From the IMG/VR virus record IMGVR_UViG_3300017748_000002, positions 59,333-123,332 of that record: a DNA stretch of 64,000 nt; one strand, written 5' to 3'. This DNA comes from a virus. Under the pieces are notes generated by a model. It saw nothing but the letters and a program-made list of their open reading frames with translations. It had not been told where the DNA came from and made no database searches. The position numbers and the translations under genes were made by a program. This document shows positions 38,246 through 47,626 of this stretch, in pieces (the stretch's first letter is position 1; every line of letters starts with the position of its first letter).

Positions 38246-39699
38246 ATCATGCTAATCTCCACATTGATTGTGATTGGGGACAAGCTGAAGAGCTAAATGA
38301 GTTTTTCTCGTTTTTTGTTCCCGGACATAAATTCATGCCAGCATTCAAACGGCGAGTGTGGGATGGAAAGATTCGCCTATTTGATAAGAGAACCGGTGAG
38401 TTACCAGCTGGTCTCATATATCATCTTGTCCAATTTATGGAATCACGTGGCTATAACTACGAACCTGTTCGTACTTTATATGGCATGCCGTATTCTGAAG
38501 ATAAGCCTGATGCTGAAGAACTGGTCAACTTTATTAAAAAACTAAATCTACCTCATAATATGAGAGATTATCAGTTCCTTGCAGTTATTGAAGGTTTAAA
38601 AAGACAAAGAGGTATACTTTTATCTCCAACCGGTTCCGGTAAATCACTTATTATATACGTGCTTCTATCTTATTATCTTGCAAAGTTGCGTGGAGATAGT
38701 AATAAGAAAGTTTTAGTTATTGTACCAACTACTTCGCTTGTTGAGCAAATGACAAACGATTTCGAAGAATATAACATGCCAAAAGGATTAGCGCATAAGA
38801 TTTATTCTGGTAAAGATAAAGACACCGAATGTCCTATTATTGTATCAACTTGGCAGTCAATTTATAAACTTCCAAAAGCTTGGTTCGAACAGTTCGGTAT
38901 GATTATTGGTGATGAGTGCCACGGCTTTAAATCTAAATCTCTTATGCAGATTATGAATAAAGCTACCGAAGCGCCATATCGGTATGGAACTACTGGTACT
39001 CTTGATGGAACTCAAACACATGAGTTAGTACTCCAAGGCTTATTTGGTAAGATATATAAAGTTACAACTACGAAAAAACTGCAAGATAACGATACTCTGG
39101 CTCAATTGAATATCAACAGGATTGTCCTTGATTATTCTGATCAATCGAAAAAAGAGTTTGGAAAGAGAACATACCAAGAAGAAATTGAGTACATTGTTAC
39201 ACAAGAAAAAAGAAACAAGTTTATTACTAACCTCTCTATTGATCAAAAAGGAAATACGCTAGTTCTGTTTAATTACGTTGAGAAGCACGGTATACCACTT
39301 TTCAAAATGATTCAAGAAAAAGCAAACGAAGATCGTAAAGTCTTCTATGTCTCCGGAGATGTTCAGACATCAGACAGAGAAGCAATTAGAGGAATAGTGG
39401 AGAAACAGAAAAATGCTATCATTGTTGCATCCTTGGGTACCTTTAGTACTGGCATTAATATCCGTAATCTTCATAATATTGTTTTTGCGTCGCCATCTAA
39501 ATCTCAAATCAGAGTTCTTCAATCGATTGGACGAGGATTAAGAAAGTCAGATAACGATGAACCAACTACACTTTATGACATTATAGATAATATTAGTACC
39601 GAGAGTAATATGAATTTTGCGTGGTTACATGGTCAAGAACGATTAAAAATCTATCAACGTGAACAATTTAACTTTAAAACATATAAAGTAGATCTATGA
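38218..39699 (+). CDS. uvsW: SF2 helicase UvsW
   Basis: WDGKIRLF, SPTGSGKS, DECH, QSIGRGLR. Confidence 0.95.
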   Translation: METVRIRKLNHANLHIDCDWGQAEELNEFFSFFVPGHKFMPAFKRRVWDGKIRLFDKRTGELPAGLIYHLVQFMESRGYNYEPVRTLYGMPYSEDKPDAEELVNFIKKLNLPHNMRDYQFLAVIEGLKRQRGILLSPTGSGKSLIIYVLLSYYLAKLRGDSNKKVLVIVPTTSLVEQMTNDFEEYNMPKGLAHKIYSGKDKDTECPIIVSTWQSIYKLPKAWFEQFGMIIGDECHGFKSKSLMQIMNKATEAPYRYGTTGTLDGTQTHELVLQGLFGKIYKVTTTKKLQDNDTLAQLNINRIVLDYSDQSKKEFGKRTYQEEIEYIVTQEKRNKFITNLSIDQKGNTLVLFNYVEKHGIPLFKMIQEKANEDRKVFYVSGDVQTSDREAIRGIVEKQKNAIIVASLGTFSTGINIRNLHNIVFASPSKSQIRVLQSIGRGLRKSDNDEPTTLYDIIDNISTESNMNFAWLHGQERLKIYQREQFNFKTYKVDL

Positions 39700-40157
39700 A
39701 TTTAAAACATATTAAATTAACTAATGGCGAAGAATTCATCGCTAATATTATCGAAGCAGAAGAAGAAGAAGGCGTTATGATTATGAGCCATGCTTTAAAG
39801 ATAGTAGAGGTAGAAAACTTCGATGAAGGATACAGTTATTTTGCATTTAGACCACTTATGTCATTTACTGAAAATCCTGAAAAGCTTCACATTCTTAACA
39901 TGTCTCACGTAATGGTAGAAACAAATCCATCAGACAATATTATGGTACATTATAACAGGACTATAGAGAAGATGGACAAGGTGGCGCGCGGTGGACTTAC
40001 TATGGAAGAGCTGGAAGAAGCAAGTGATGAAGATTATGAAAGATACATGGCTATGCTCGACGATTTAGATACCGATGAAAAAGCATCAAAAGAGACTTTA
40101 GGAAAGAACGTTTTAATGTTCAAGAAGAAGAAATCTAACGATGACACGTTCCACTGA
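39696..40157 (+). CDS. Hypothetical protein (Sm-like N-terminus)
   Basis: IKLTNGEEFIA start; coupled to uvsW. Confidence 0.6.
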   Translation: MNLKHIKLTNGEEFIANIIEAEEEEGVMIMSHALKIVEVENFDEGYSYFAFRPLMSFTENPEKLHILNMSHVMVETNPSDNIMVHYNRTIEKMDKVARGGLTMEELEEASDEDYERYMAMLDDLDTDEKASKETLGKNVLMFKKKKSNDDTFH

Positions 40158-40188
40158 GTATATCCTCTCTCCCCAAATAACTTAATTT

Positions 40189-40230
40189 ATTATACACCAT
40201 TTGTTCAGGTTTGTAAACAAAATAATGAGC
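40189..40230 (-). promoter_or_regulatory. Sigma70-like phage promoter, minus strand
   Basis: Reverse complement reads GCTCATTATTTTG-TTTACA-17 nt-TATAAT; same upstream motif as at 49327 and 53676. Confidence 0.7.
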
Positions 40231-40272
40231 AAAAACTTAGATAACTTTTTTTATGAGAATGAAACTTAATAG

Positions 40273-40301
40273 TATACAAACACCTCCTAACGTGTTATAA
40301 T
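40273..40301 (+). promoter_or_regulatory. Sigma70-like promoter for gp55
   Basis: TATACA-17 nt-TATAAT. Confidence 0.6.
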
Positions 40302-40330
40302 ATACCTATATTTTGAAACGGAGATATATC

Positions 40331-40921
40331 ATGGCCAAAAGAGCAAGCATTCATTACGTAAATAATGCTGACTTTTCGCAAGCAGTTGTCGAATATGTAA
40401 GGATTGTAAATACAGCTAAACAATCTGAGACAGAGATTCCAAAAGTACCTGACTACGTAGCTCAATGCTTTATGCGCATTGCCGAAGGTTTATCACATAA
40501 ATCTAACTTTATTCGATATACGTATCGTGAAGAGATGGTAATGGATGCCGTAGAAAATTGTTTAAAAGCAATCAATAACTACGACATTGAAGCCGCTACT
40601 CGAACTGGTAAACCAAACGCTTTTGCCTACTTTACTCAGATTACGTGGTATGCTTTTCTTCGACGAATCGCTCGCGAGAAAAAACAACAAGACATTAAGA
40701 TGAAGTACATCGCCAACTCTGGTATTGAAGACTTTATGGTGAATGAACATGGAGATGAAACATCGGGGTTAGTCGCTGAAGCATTCGTTGACACACTCAA
40801 GACTCGTATCGATCGAGTAAAGTTTGTTGATAACGAAGTAAAGGAATATAGCAAAGCAGAAAAGAAACGTAAGAAACGTACTATTACAGCTGATTCAGAT
40901 CTGTCGGAGTTCCTTGAATGA
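40331..40921 (+). CDS. gp55: Late sigma factor gp55
   Basis: HYVNN.DF, IAEGLS...NF..Y.YREEM..DA.ENC, N.FAYFTQI...AFLRRI..EK. Confidence 0.95.
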   Translation: MAKRASIHYVNNADFSQAVVEYVRIVNTAKQSETEIPKVPDYVAQCFMRIAEGLSHKSNFIRYTYREEMVMDAVENCLKAINNYDIEAATRTGKPNAFAYFTQITWYAFLRRIAREKKQQDIKMKYIANSGIEDFMVNEHGDETSGLVAEAFVDTLKTRIDRVKFVDNEVKEYSKAEKKRKKRTITADSDLSEFLE

Positions 40922-41979
40922 AAATAGCGGTACTCAACGATACGCACACGGGAATCCGTAATTCATCTCAAATATTTCTAGATAATGCTGAAGACTTCTA
41001 TAAGAATGTTTTCTTTCCAGAATGTGAGAAACAAAATGTAACTCAAATCTTACATCTTGGAGATTACTACGATAACCGCAAAGTAATTAACATAAAAGCT
41101 CTTCACCATAATCGTAAGTGTTTCTTAAACGAAATGCGTAAACGTAGTATGACTATGGATATTATTCCAGGGAACCATGATACGTATTTCAAGAATACTA
41201 ACGACATGAATAGTTTAAAAGAACTACTTGGCCACTTTATGAACGAGGTCAACATCATCATGGAACCAACCGTAATGGAATACGGTTCTTTGAAGATTGC
41301 TGCATTACCGTGGATTTGTCAAGATAACTACGATCAGTCTATGGATTTTATTTCTAATTGTAAAGCAGATTGGATGGCTGCTCATCTTGAGCTTGGTGGA
41401 TTTGAAATGATGAGAGGTGTTGTAAATAAACACGGCATGGCTGCTGAGTTATTTAAACGGTTTGAGTTAGTACTCACTGGTCATTTTCATGTTGGATCTC
41501 GTCAAGATAATATCTGGTATCTTGGTAGCCAAATGGAGTTCTTTTGGTCAGATGCTCATGATCCAAAATATTTCCACATCATTGATACTGAGACTAGAGA
41601 AGTAGAACGTATTAGAAATAATTACACTTTGTTTCATAAAGTTGTGTACAATGACAAAGAAACCGATTATAATAACTATAATACTTCGATATTAGATAAG
41701 AAGTTTGTCAAAGTAGTTGTAGTGGAAAAAACAGATACGTTTGCTTTTGATCGGTTTATTGACCGTATTCAGAATCAAGATATCTATGATTTGAAAATCT
41801 CTGAAAACTTTAATGAGTTTATTGGAGCTAATGTTGAAGACGACGGTCTTGAGATTGATGATACGCCACAATTGATGGATGACTATATTGAAGGCGTAGA
41901 TACTGATCTAGACAAGGATCGTATTAAAGTGATGATGAGAGACCTGATGACTCAGGCTCAAGCTTTGGAAATTGTATGA
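40918..41979 (+). CDS. gp47: Recombination endonuclease gp47 (Mre11-like)
   Basis: DTH.G, HLGD..D, GNHD, GHFH. Confidence 0.95.
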   Translation: MKIAVLNDTHTGIRNSSQIFLDNAEDFYKNVFFPECEKQNVTQILHLGDYYDNRKVINIKALHHNRKCFLNEMRKRSMTMDIIPGNHDTYFKNTNDMNSLKELLGHFMNEVNIIMEPTVMEYGSLKIAALPWICQDNYDQSMDFISNCKADWMAAHLELGGFEMMRGVVNKHGMAAELFKRFELVLTGHFHVGSRQDNIWYLGSQMEFFWSDAHDPKYFHIIDTETREVERIRNNYTLFHKVVYNDKETDYNNYNTSILDKKFVKVVVVEKTDTFAFDRFIDRIQNQDIYDLKISENFNEFIGANVEDDGLEIDDTPQLMDDYIEGVDTDLDKDRIKVMMRDLMTQAQALEIV

Positions 41980-43685
41980 TTGTATTTCAAAAAATTCGTT
42001 ATAAAAACTTTCTATCCACTGGTAATAATTTTACAGAAATTGATTTGACTCGACATAAGACTACTTTAGTTGTTGGTCAAAATGGTTCTGGTAAGTCTAC
42101 TATGTTGGATGCTATATCGTTTGGTCTTTTCGGTAAAGCTCATAGAAAGATTGGTAAGACTCAACTCATAAATTCTGTTAATGGTAAAGGTAGTCTTGTT
42201 GAAGTTGAGTTTGCTATTGGTGCTTCTCAATTTAAAATTATACGTGGAGACCGGCCAGTTAAGTTTGAAATCTGGAAAAATGGCGAGATGATTAACCAAT
42301 CTTCTCATTCAAAAGAATACCAACGTATTTTAGAACAAAATATTCTTAAGCTGAATCACAAATCTTTTCATCAGGTTGTAGTATTAGGTTCATCTAACTT
42401 CGTACCATTTATGCAATTGAATCCTGCTCTACGTCGTGGTGTGATTGAAGATTTGCTTGACATTGGTGTATTCTCTAGAATGAACCAGATCTTAAAAGAA
42501 GAAACTAATATTATCAAGGAAGCTATCAAAGATTTTTCTTATCAGATTGATATAATAAAGAACAAACTAAGTACTCAGAAAAAGTATATTGCTGACGTCA
42601 AGAAAATTACTAATGAAGCTATTACTTATAAAGAAACTCAGATCTCTACGAAGCGTAGTCAGATAGACGCTTTAGAATCTGAAAATTCTGAATTAAGTAA
42701 AGAAATAGAAGGCAAGTATGATGACATCCAAAATACACTCAGTCAACTCCACGATAGAAAGCAATCGCTCTTACAATACAACGCGCAGTTCAAACAGCAA
42801 ATGGCGGCAGTCGTTAAAGATGCGAAGTTTTATGAAGAGCATAAACAATGTCCAACCTGCGATCAAGATATTGATTCGGGAGTACGGGACGAAAAACTCT
42901 CCACGGCTAAGTCTAAAGCAAAAGAATTACAAAGCGCTATGGGTCAGCTCGCTGAAGAGTCAGATCAGGTTGAAGAATCTATTTCAACAACAAATGACAC
43001 ACTTTCCGAGATGCGAGACAAACAAAGTAGTTTACATTCTAACATACAACAAATTACTAGGCTCCAAAGCGAGATTGCAGATTTCAGAAAAGATATCGCT
43101 GGATCAGCTACAGCCGATCTCAAAGAAGCAGAAAACGATTTAGTAGAAATTCAAGATAATCTTTCATCGATGTCTGACGAGAAGATGAAAGCAAACGATG
43201 AATATTCATATAAGACTGCACTTGGAGAAATGTTAAAAGATACTGGTATCAAGACTAAGATTATCAAGCAATATCTTCCAGTTATGAATCAGCTAATCAA
43301 CCAGTATCTTCAAGTGCTGGATTTCTACGTACACTTTGATTTAGATGAAGAGTTTAACGAAACAATTCGTTCTCGTCATCGTGATAATTTCGGATATGAT
43401 TCTTTCTCTGAAGGTGAAAAACAACGTATTGATTTGTCGTTGCTCTTTACTTGGCGGCAGATTGCTAAGATGAAGAACTCAGTATCCACCAATCTCTTGA
43501 TGTTAGATGAAACGTTTGACTCAAGTCTTGATCATGAAGGTGTGGACAACTTGCTAAAGATTCTCTATACTCTTGGTGATGATACGAATATCTTTATTAT
43601 CTCTCATAAAGGTGATATTCTTGATGGTAAATTTGAGAACAAAATTGAATTCATTAAAGAAAAGAATTTCTCAAAAATCAAATAA
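41976..43685 (+). CDS. gp46: Recombination ATPase gp46 (Rad50-like)
   Basis: GQNGSGKS, CPTC zinc hook, FSEGEK, LDETFD. Confidence 0.95.
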   Translation: MIVFQKIRYKNFLSTGNNFTEIDLTRHKTTLVVGQNGSGKSTMLDAISFGLFGKAHRKIGKTQLINSVNGKGSLVEVEFAIGASQFKIIRGDRPVKFEIWKNGEMINQSSHSKEYQRILEQNILKLNHKSFHQVVVLGSSNFVPFMQLNPALRRGVIEDLLDIGVFSRMNQILKEETNIIKEAIKDFSYQIDIIKNKLSTQKKYIADVKKITNEAITYKETQISTKRSQIDALESENSELSKEIEGKYDDIQNTLSQLHDRKQSLLQYNAQFKQQMAAVVKDAKFYEEHKQCPTCDQDIDSGVRDEKLSTAKSKAKELQSAMGQLAEESDQVEESISTTNDTLSEMRDKQSSLHSNIQQITRLQSEIADFRKDIAGSATADLKEAENDLVEIQDNLSSMSDEKMKANDEYSYKTALGEMLKDTGIKTKIIKQYLPVMNQLINQYLQVLDFYVHFDLDEEFNETIRSRHRDNFGYDSFSEGEKQRIDLSLLFTWRQIAKMKNSVSTNLLMLDETFDSSLDHEGVDNLLKILYTLGDDTNIFIISHKGDILDGKFENKIEFIKEKNFSKIK

Positions 43686-43689
43686 AAGG

Positions 43690-43718
43690 TTTACAAATCA
43701 GCCTTTTTGTGATATAAT
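43690..43718 (+). promoter_or_regulatory. Sigma70-like promoter for gp45
   Basis: TTTACA-17 nt-TATAAT. Confidence 0.7.
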
Positions 43719-43746
43719 AATCTAATAATGAAACAGGAGCTATATA

Positions 43747-44424
43747 ATGGAACTTAGCGATAATACTCTTACTACTCTAAAAAACTTTTCCAGCATCAAT
43801 CCTAACATGATGATTCGATCTGGAAATACTATTAAAACGATCTCTGAAGCTCGTACCGTTCTTGCTACGGCCGGTATAGTTGAAGAGTTTCCAATTGATT
43901 TTGGTATCTACGACCTCAATGAATTTATGGGTGTCCTCGGTCTGGTTGACAAACCAAGTCTTAAATTTCAAGATGACTTTGTTATTGTCAATGATTCTAC
44001 CGGTCGCTCTAAAGTCAAGTACTTCTATTCTTCTGAAGATACTTTGACAACACCACAAAAAGACATCACAATGCCACAAGCAAATGTGAAGTTCACTTTA
44101 GACAATGATACGATGAATAAGTTAAAACGTGCAGCATCGACTCTTGGTCATAGTGAAATCTGTATTTCTGGTAAAGATGGTGTACTCAGTCTTTCTGTGG
44201 TTGATTCTCAGAACATGACATCGAATGCTTTCTCTATTGACGTCGATGGAGAATTTGCTGAAGATGATACGTTCAACTTTATCCTGAGTACAAACAACTT
44301 AAAGATTCTGCCTGGTGATTACGAGGTAGAAATATCTTCTAAATTAATCACGCAATTCAGTCATAAAAGTCTAGACGTAAAATACTGGATTGCTCTTGAA
44401 AAATCGTCGACGTTTGGAGTATAA
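43747..44424 (+). CDS. gp45: Sliding clamp gp45
   Basis: LKNFSSIN, FGIYDLNEF, Y.IALE. Confidence 0.93.
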   Translation: MELSDNTLTTLKNFSSINPNMMIRSGNTIKTISEARTVLATAGIVEEFPIDFGIYDLNEFMGVLGLVDKPSLKFQDDFVIVNDSTGRSKVKYFYSSEDTLTTPQKDITMPQANVKFTLDNDTMNKLKRAASTLGHSEICISGKDGVLSLSVVDSQNMTSNAFSIDVDGEFAEDDTFNFILSTNNLKILPGDYEVEISSKLITQFSHKSLDVKYWIALEKSSTFGV

Positions 44425-44428
44425 CGAC

Positions 44429-44644
44429 ATGTCAGAAACTATGGATCAACTTCGAGATCTATCTAATCGAACCTCTCGCTCAATTGTAGCTGTAATTGAT
44501 GCTATGACTCAGCGCGGTGCGATTAAAGGCGAAGAGCTATCAACTATTGGCGGCCTTCGTGATCAGTGTATTCAGATCATTCAATTGGCTGAACAGGCTG
44601 AACAAGAACAAGCTATGGCTGATGCCGAAGCTGAACAAGGTTAG
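44429..44644 (+). CDS. Hypothetical protein
   Basis: ORF with VIDAMTQRGAIKGEELSTIG filling the gp45-gp44 gap. Confidence 0.55.
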   Translation: MSETMDQLRDLSNRTSRSIVAVIDAMTQRGAIKGEELSTIGGLRDQCIQIIQLAEQAEQEQAMADAEAEQG

Positions 44645-44710
44645 TCGCTCAATAGACTCGCGGGGAGCCACGGTTAGTTCCCCACCCTTATTTTATTATG
44701 GAGCACGTGA

Positions 44711-45634
44711 ATGTCAAATGATTTCCTCTGGGTCGAGAAGTATCGTCCCAAAACTATTGCTGAGACTATTTTACCAAAATCGCTAAAAGAAACTTTCCAG
44801 AAGATTGTCGACTCTGGAGAACTTCCTAATATGCTACTTTCTGGTACTGCTGGTCTTGGTAAAACTACAGTAGCTAAAGCGCTGTGTAATGAACTAGACC
44901 TCGATTACATTGTAATCAACGGTTCTGAAGAAGGCAATATTGATACCCTTCGCGGTAAAATTAAACAGTTTGCCTCTTCAATCTCTCTTCAAGGTGGCTA
45001 TAAAGTAGTTATTCTTGATGAGGCTGATTATCTCAATCCACAATCGACTCAACCAGCTCTTCGTGGTTTTATTGAAGAATTCTCTAATAACTGTCGATTT
45101 ATTCTTACTTGTAATTTCAAAAATCGTATCATTGAACCACTTCATTCTCGGTGTGGTGTCTATGAATTTAACACAACAAAGAAAGATATGGTCTCTCTTT
45201 GTGAAATGTTTATGGATCGAGCTTGTACTATCCTAGACGCTGAAAGTGTTGAATACGATAAGAAAGTATTACCGCCAATTATTATGAAATTTGCTCCAGA
45301 CTGGCGGCGGATTCTTAATGAATTACAACGTGGTTCTCATACTGGATTTGTTGTCAACGAATCGACAACAAGTTACGATGATCTTTTCGAACATTTAAAA
45401 AGCAAAGACTTCAAAAAGATGCGAGCATGGGTAGTCAACAATATCGATACTGATGCCGCAGCTATCTTTCGTGCGATGTATGATCGCATGTCAGATAAAG
45501 TAGATCCACAATCAATTCCACAACTGGTTCTTATTCTTGCTGACTATCAATATAAGAATGCTTTTGTTGCAGATCATGAGCTTAATGTTGTCGCTTGTCT
45601 TACGGAGGTAATGGCCAATGTCAAATTCAGTTAG
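44711..45634 (+). CDS. gp44: Clamp loader large subunit gp44
   Basis: WVEKYRP, GLGKTT, LDEAD, SRC. Confidence 0.95.
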   Translation: MSNDFLWVEKYRPKTIAETILPKSLKETFQKIVDSGELPNMLLSGTAGLGKTTVAKALCNELDLDYIVINGSEEGNIDTLRGKIKQFASSISLQGGYKVVILDEADYLNPQSTQPALRGFIEEFSNNCRFILTCNFKNRIIEPLHSRCGVYEFNTTKKDMVSLCEMFMDRACTILDAESVEYDKKVLPPIIMKFAPDWRRILNELQRGSHTGFVVNESTTSYDDLFEHLKSKDFKKMRAWVVNNIDTDAAAIFRAMYDRMSDKVDPQSIPQLVLILADYQYKNAFVADHELNVVACLTEVMANVKFS

Positions 45635-45905
45635 ACTTACACTATACACACAAGTTAATTGCGTATTCTGTGAAATCATGAAAGCAAAGCTGGATGATTG
45701 GGGATACTCATATAATGTTATAAACGTCAGCGAAGATATAAGTGGACGTGAATGGTTACGTTCAAACAATCATAGAACTGTGCCGCAACTATATTGGAAC
45801 ACCAAACACTTAAACAAAGTTAATACTCAAGAATTGACAGAAGAAATACTTGAAGCAGAACTCAATTTTGATGATTACGTTGGTGGCGTGGAGAACTTTC
45901 AATGA
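45618..45905 (+). CDS. Glutaredoxin
   Basis: CVFC, RTVPQ. Confidence 0.8.
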   Translation: MSNSVRLTLYTQVNCVFCEIMKAKLDDWGYSYNVINVSEDISGREWLRSNNHRTVPQLYWNTKHLNKVNTQELTEEILEAELNFDDYVGGVENFQ

Positions 45906-46279
45906 ACCCATTCGAGTATTGTAATGACATCAACTATGGTAAATCTAATATTATGGTTGATGATATCGCCGAAAAATCTTATAACGCGTTTATGGTAAAT
46001 CGGCAACTATCTTATTTTAATGACACGGTTCTTATAGCAAATGAGATGAATCTCAACGCACATTTGGATAATCGCCTTCAATTCGATTTTCTTATAAATA
46101 TAGTACGGAAGAAAAGAAGATTCTCCAAATGGGCAAAAGCTCAAAAGAATGATGACGTTGAAGTGATCAAGGAATATTATGGCTATAGTAATGAAAAAGC
46201 CCGCCAAGTCCTCAGCCTTCTATCGTCTGAACGAATTAACGATTTGAAAAAGAAGGTTTATCGAGGTGGAAAAAAATAA
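45902..46279 (+). CDS. gp62: Clamp loader small subunit gp62
   Basis: Y..F.VNR.LS, ANEMN, KEYYGYS.EKA. Confidence 0.9.
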   Translation: MNPFEYCNDINYGKSNIMVDDIAEKSYNAFMVNRQLSYFNDTVLIANEMNLNAHLDNRLQFDFLINIVRKKRRFSKWAKAQKNDDVEVIKEYYGYSNEKARQVLSLLSSERINDLKKKVYRGGKK

Positions 46280-46679
46280 TATAGTAGAGTGGACTCCCGC
46301 CTCTATGCTAGAGGTGACTTTGAACGAGCCAGACGATTTTCTCAAAGTACGAGAAACGTTGACTCGGATTGGCGTGGCATCAAGAAAAGAAAATACACTC
46401 TTTCAATCTTGCCATATTCTCCATAAACAAGGACGGTATTTCATCGTCCATTTCAAAGAACTCTTTTTGCTTGATGGGAAAAAGTCCAACTTAGAAGAAA
46501 ACGACGTTGCTCGTCGTAACACAATCGCGACACTTATGAGCGATTGGGGATTGGTATCAATTGATGACACAGCGACGGCTAAACCATTAGCGCCAATGCG
46601 TCAAATTAAAATTATTCCTTTCAAAGAAAAAAACAATTGGACTTTACAACCAAAATATAATATTGGTAACAAGTCTTAA
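46266..46679 (+). CDS. regA: Translational repressor RegA
   Basis: PDDFLKVRETLTRIG, QSCHILHKQG.Y.IVHFKELF.LDG. Confidence 0.96.
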   Translation: MEKNNIVEWTPASMLEVTLNEPDDFLKVRETLTRIGVASRKENTLFQSCHILHKQGRYFIVHFKELFLLDGKKSNLEENDVARRNTIATLMSDWGLVSIDDTATAKPLAPMRQIKIIPFKEKNNWTLQPKYNIGNKS

Positions 46680-46687
46680 TATAAATA
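46680..46687 (+). promoter_or_regulatory. T4-type late promoter upstream of hsp20
   Basis: TATAAATA. Confidence 0.65.
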
Positions 46688-46744
46688 GTAGTGGATGCCG
46701 AATAATCGGGTCCACTACATAACCTTGCTTAACAGGAGGCAAAT
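46688..46744 (+). promoter_or_regulatory. ROSE-like RNA thermometer in the hsp20 5' UTR
   Basis: Hairpin GTAGTGGA/TCCACTAC, then CCTTGCT-TAAC-AGGAGG pairing the SD with a bulged G. Confidence 0.6.
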
Positions 46745-47209
46745 ATGACTGGAACATTCGCATTTCCGCGAAACGCATTTCTTGGTTTCGACCACATCTT
46801 CGATCAGCTAGATAATATTCATAGCCATGCGAAGGATACCTATCCACCACATAACGTAGTCAAAGAAGAAGAGTTAAAATATACTCTCGAAATGGCTGTG
46901 GCTGGATTTAAACAAGAACATATTGACATTGAAGTAAAAGACCACATCTTGTCTATCAAGGGTGATCGACCTGCTCGTCGAGAACAAACAAAATATGTTC
47001 ATAAAGGTATTAGTGCTCGTAACTGGAAAAAGTCATTTAGACTGTCGGAATATACCGAAGTAACTGGAGCAGATCTAACGGATGGAATCTTGACTGTCAA
47101 TCTTGAAGTCGTCCTTCCCGATGAGAAGCTGCCTCGTAAAATTTCAATCGGAAAAAACGAGGTAAAAAATGGCAACCATAGCGCTGAACTACTCGCAGAA
47201 TCTCCTTAA
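46745..47209 (+). CDS. Small heat shock protein Hsp20 (IbpA-like)
   Basis: GFD, YPPHN, EMAVAGF, Y.HKGISAR, A.L.DGIL. Confidence 0.93.
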   Translation: MTGTFAFPRNAFLGFDHIFDQLDNIHSHAKDTYPPHNVVKEEELKYTLEMAVAGFKQEHIDIEVKDHILSIKGDRPARREQTKYVHKGISARNWKKSFRLSEYTEVTGADLTDGILTVNLEVVLPDEKLPRKISIGKNEVKNGNHSAELLAESP

Positions 47210-47411
47210 TTGGATTGTTTCTGCAACAAAGAAAACTTTTCAAGGTGTGTTGATTGGCTATATCATGGCTCGTCAGACTCAAGCAAATTCTCATATTGCT
47301 CGTTTGATAATTCATGAATATAGAGAAGAAGGTCACACAGTCGAATCTTTAACACATGAACTGAATGTTAAATCTCTTCAAAGAATTAGAAAGGAATATA
47401 ACATTGACTAA
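47169..47411 (+). CDS. Hypothetical protein
   Basis: GAGGT RBS; ARQTQAN..IA helix. Confidence 0.55.
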   Translation: MATIALNYSQNLLNWIVSATKKTFQGVLIGYIMARQTQANSHIARLIIHEYREEGHTVESLTHELNVKSLQRIRKEYNID

Positions 47412-47541
47412 ATGGTTTAAGGGTTGGGTAAAACAATTAAGTATGTCTCCAAGTGAAAGATATCTCGCTCAAGCTACTGATAGGTACGATCTTGAGTATA
47501 GATTACAAGCACTTCAACGTGGAAAGGCAAACTTATTCTAA
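47404..47541 (+). CDS. Small protein, DUF3563-like
   Basis: Not in the ORF track: MTKWFKGWVKQLSMSPSERYLAQATDRYDLEYRLQALQRGKANLF; TTG start with AAGGA RBS. Confidence 0.55.
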   Translation: MTKWFKGWVKQLSMSPSERYLAQATDRYDLEYRLQALQRGKANLF

Positions 47542-47587
47542 TGTGGCCGTATACCGAAGAAGAATCTAAGTTTTTAAACTAATAAAT

Positions 47588-47611
47588 AAAGGGGCGAGCA
47601 ATTGCCCTTTT
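47588..47611 (+). terminator. Intrinsic terminator
   Basis: GGGGCGA-GCAA-TTGCCCT followed by Ts. Confidence 0.6.
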
Positions 47612-47626
47612 ATAATTTTTGTCTTT

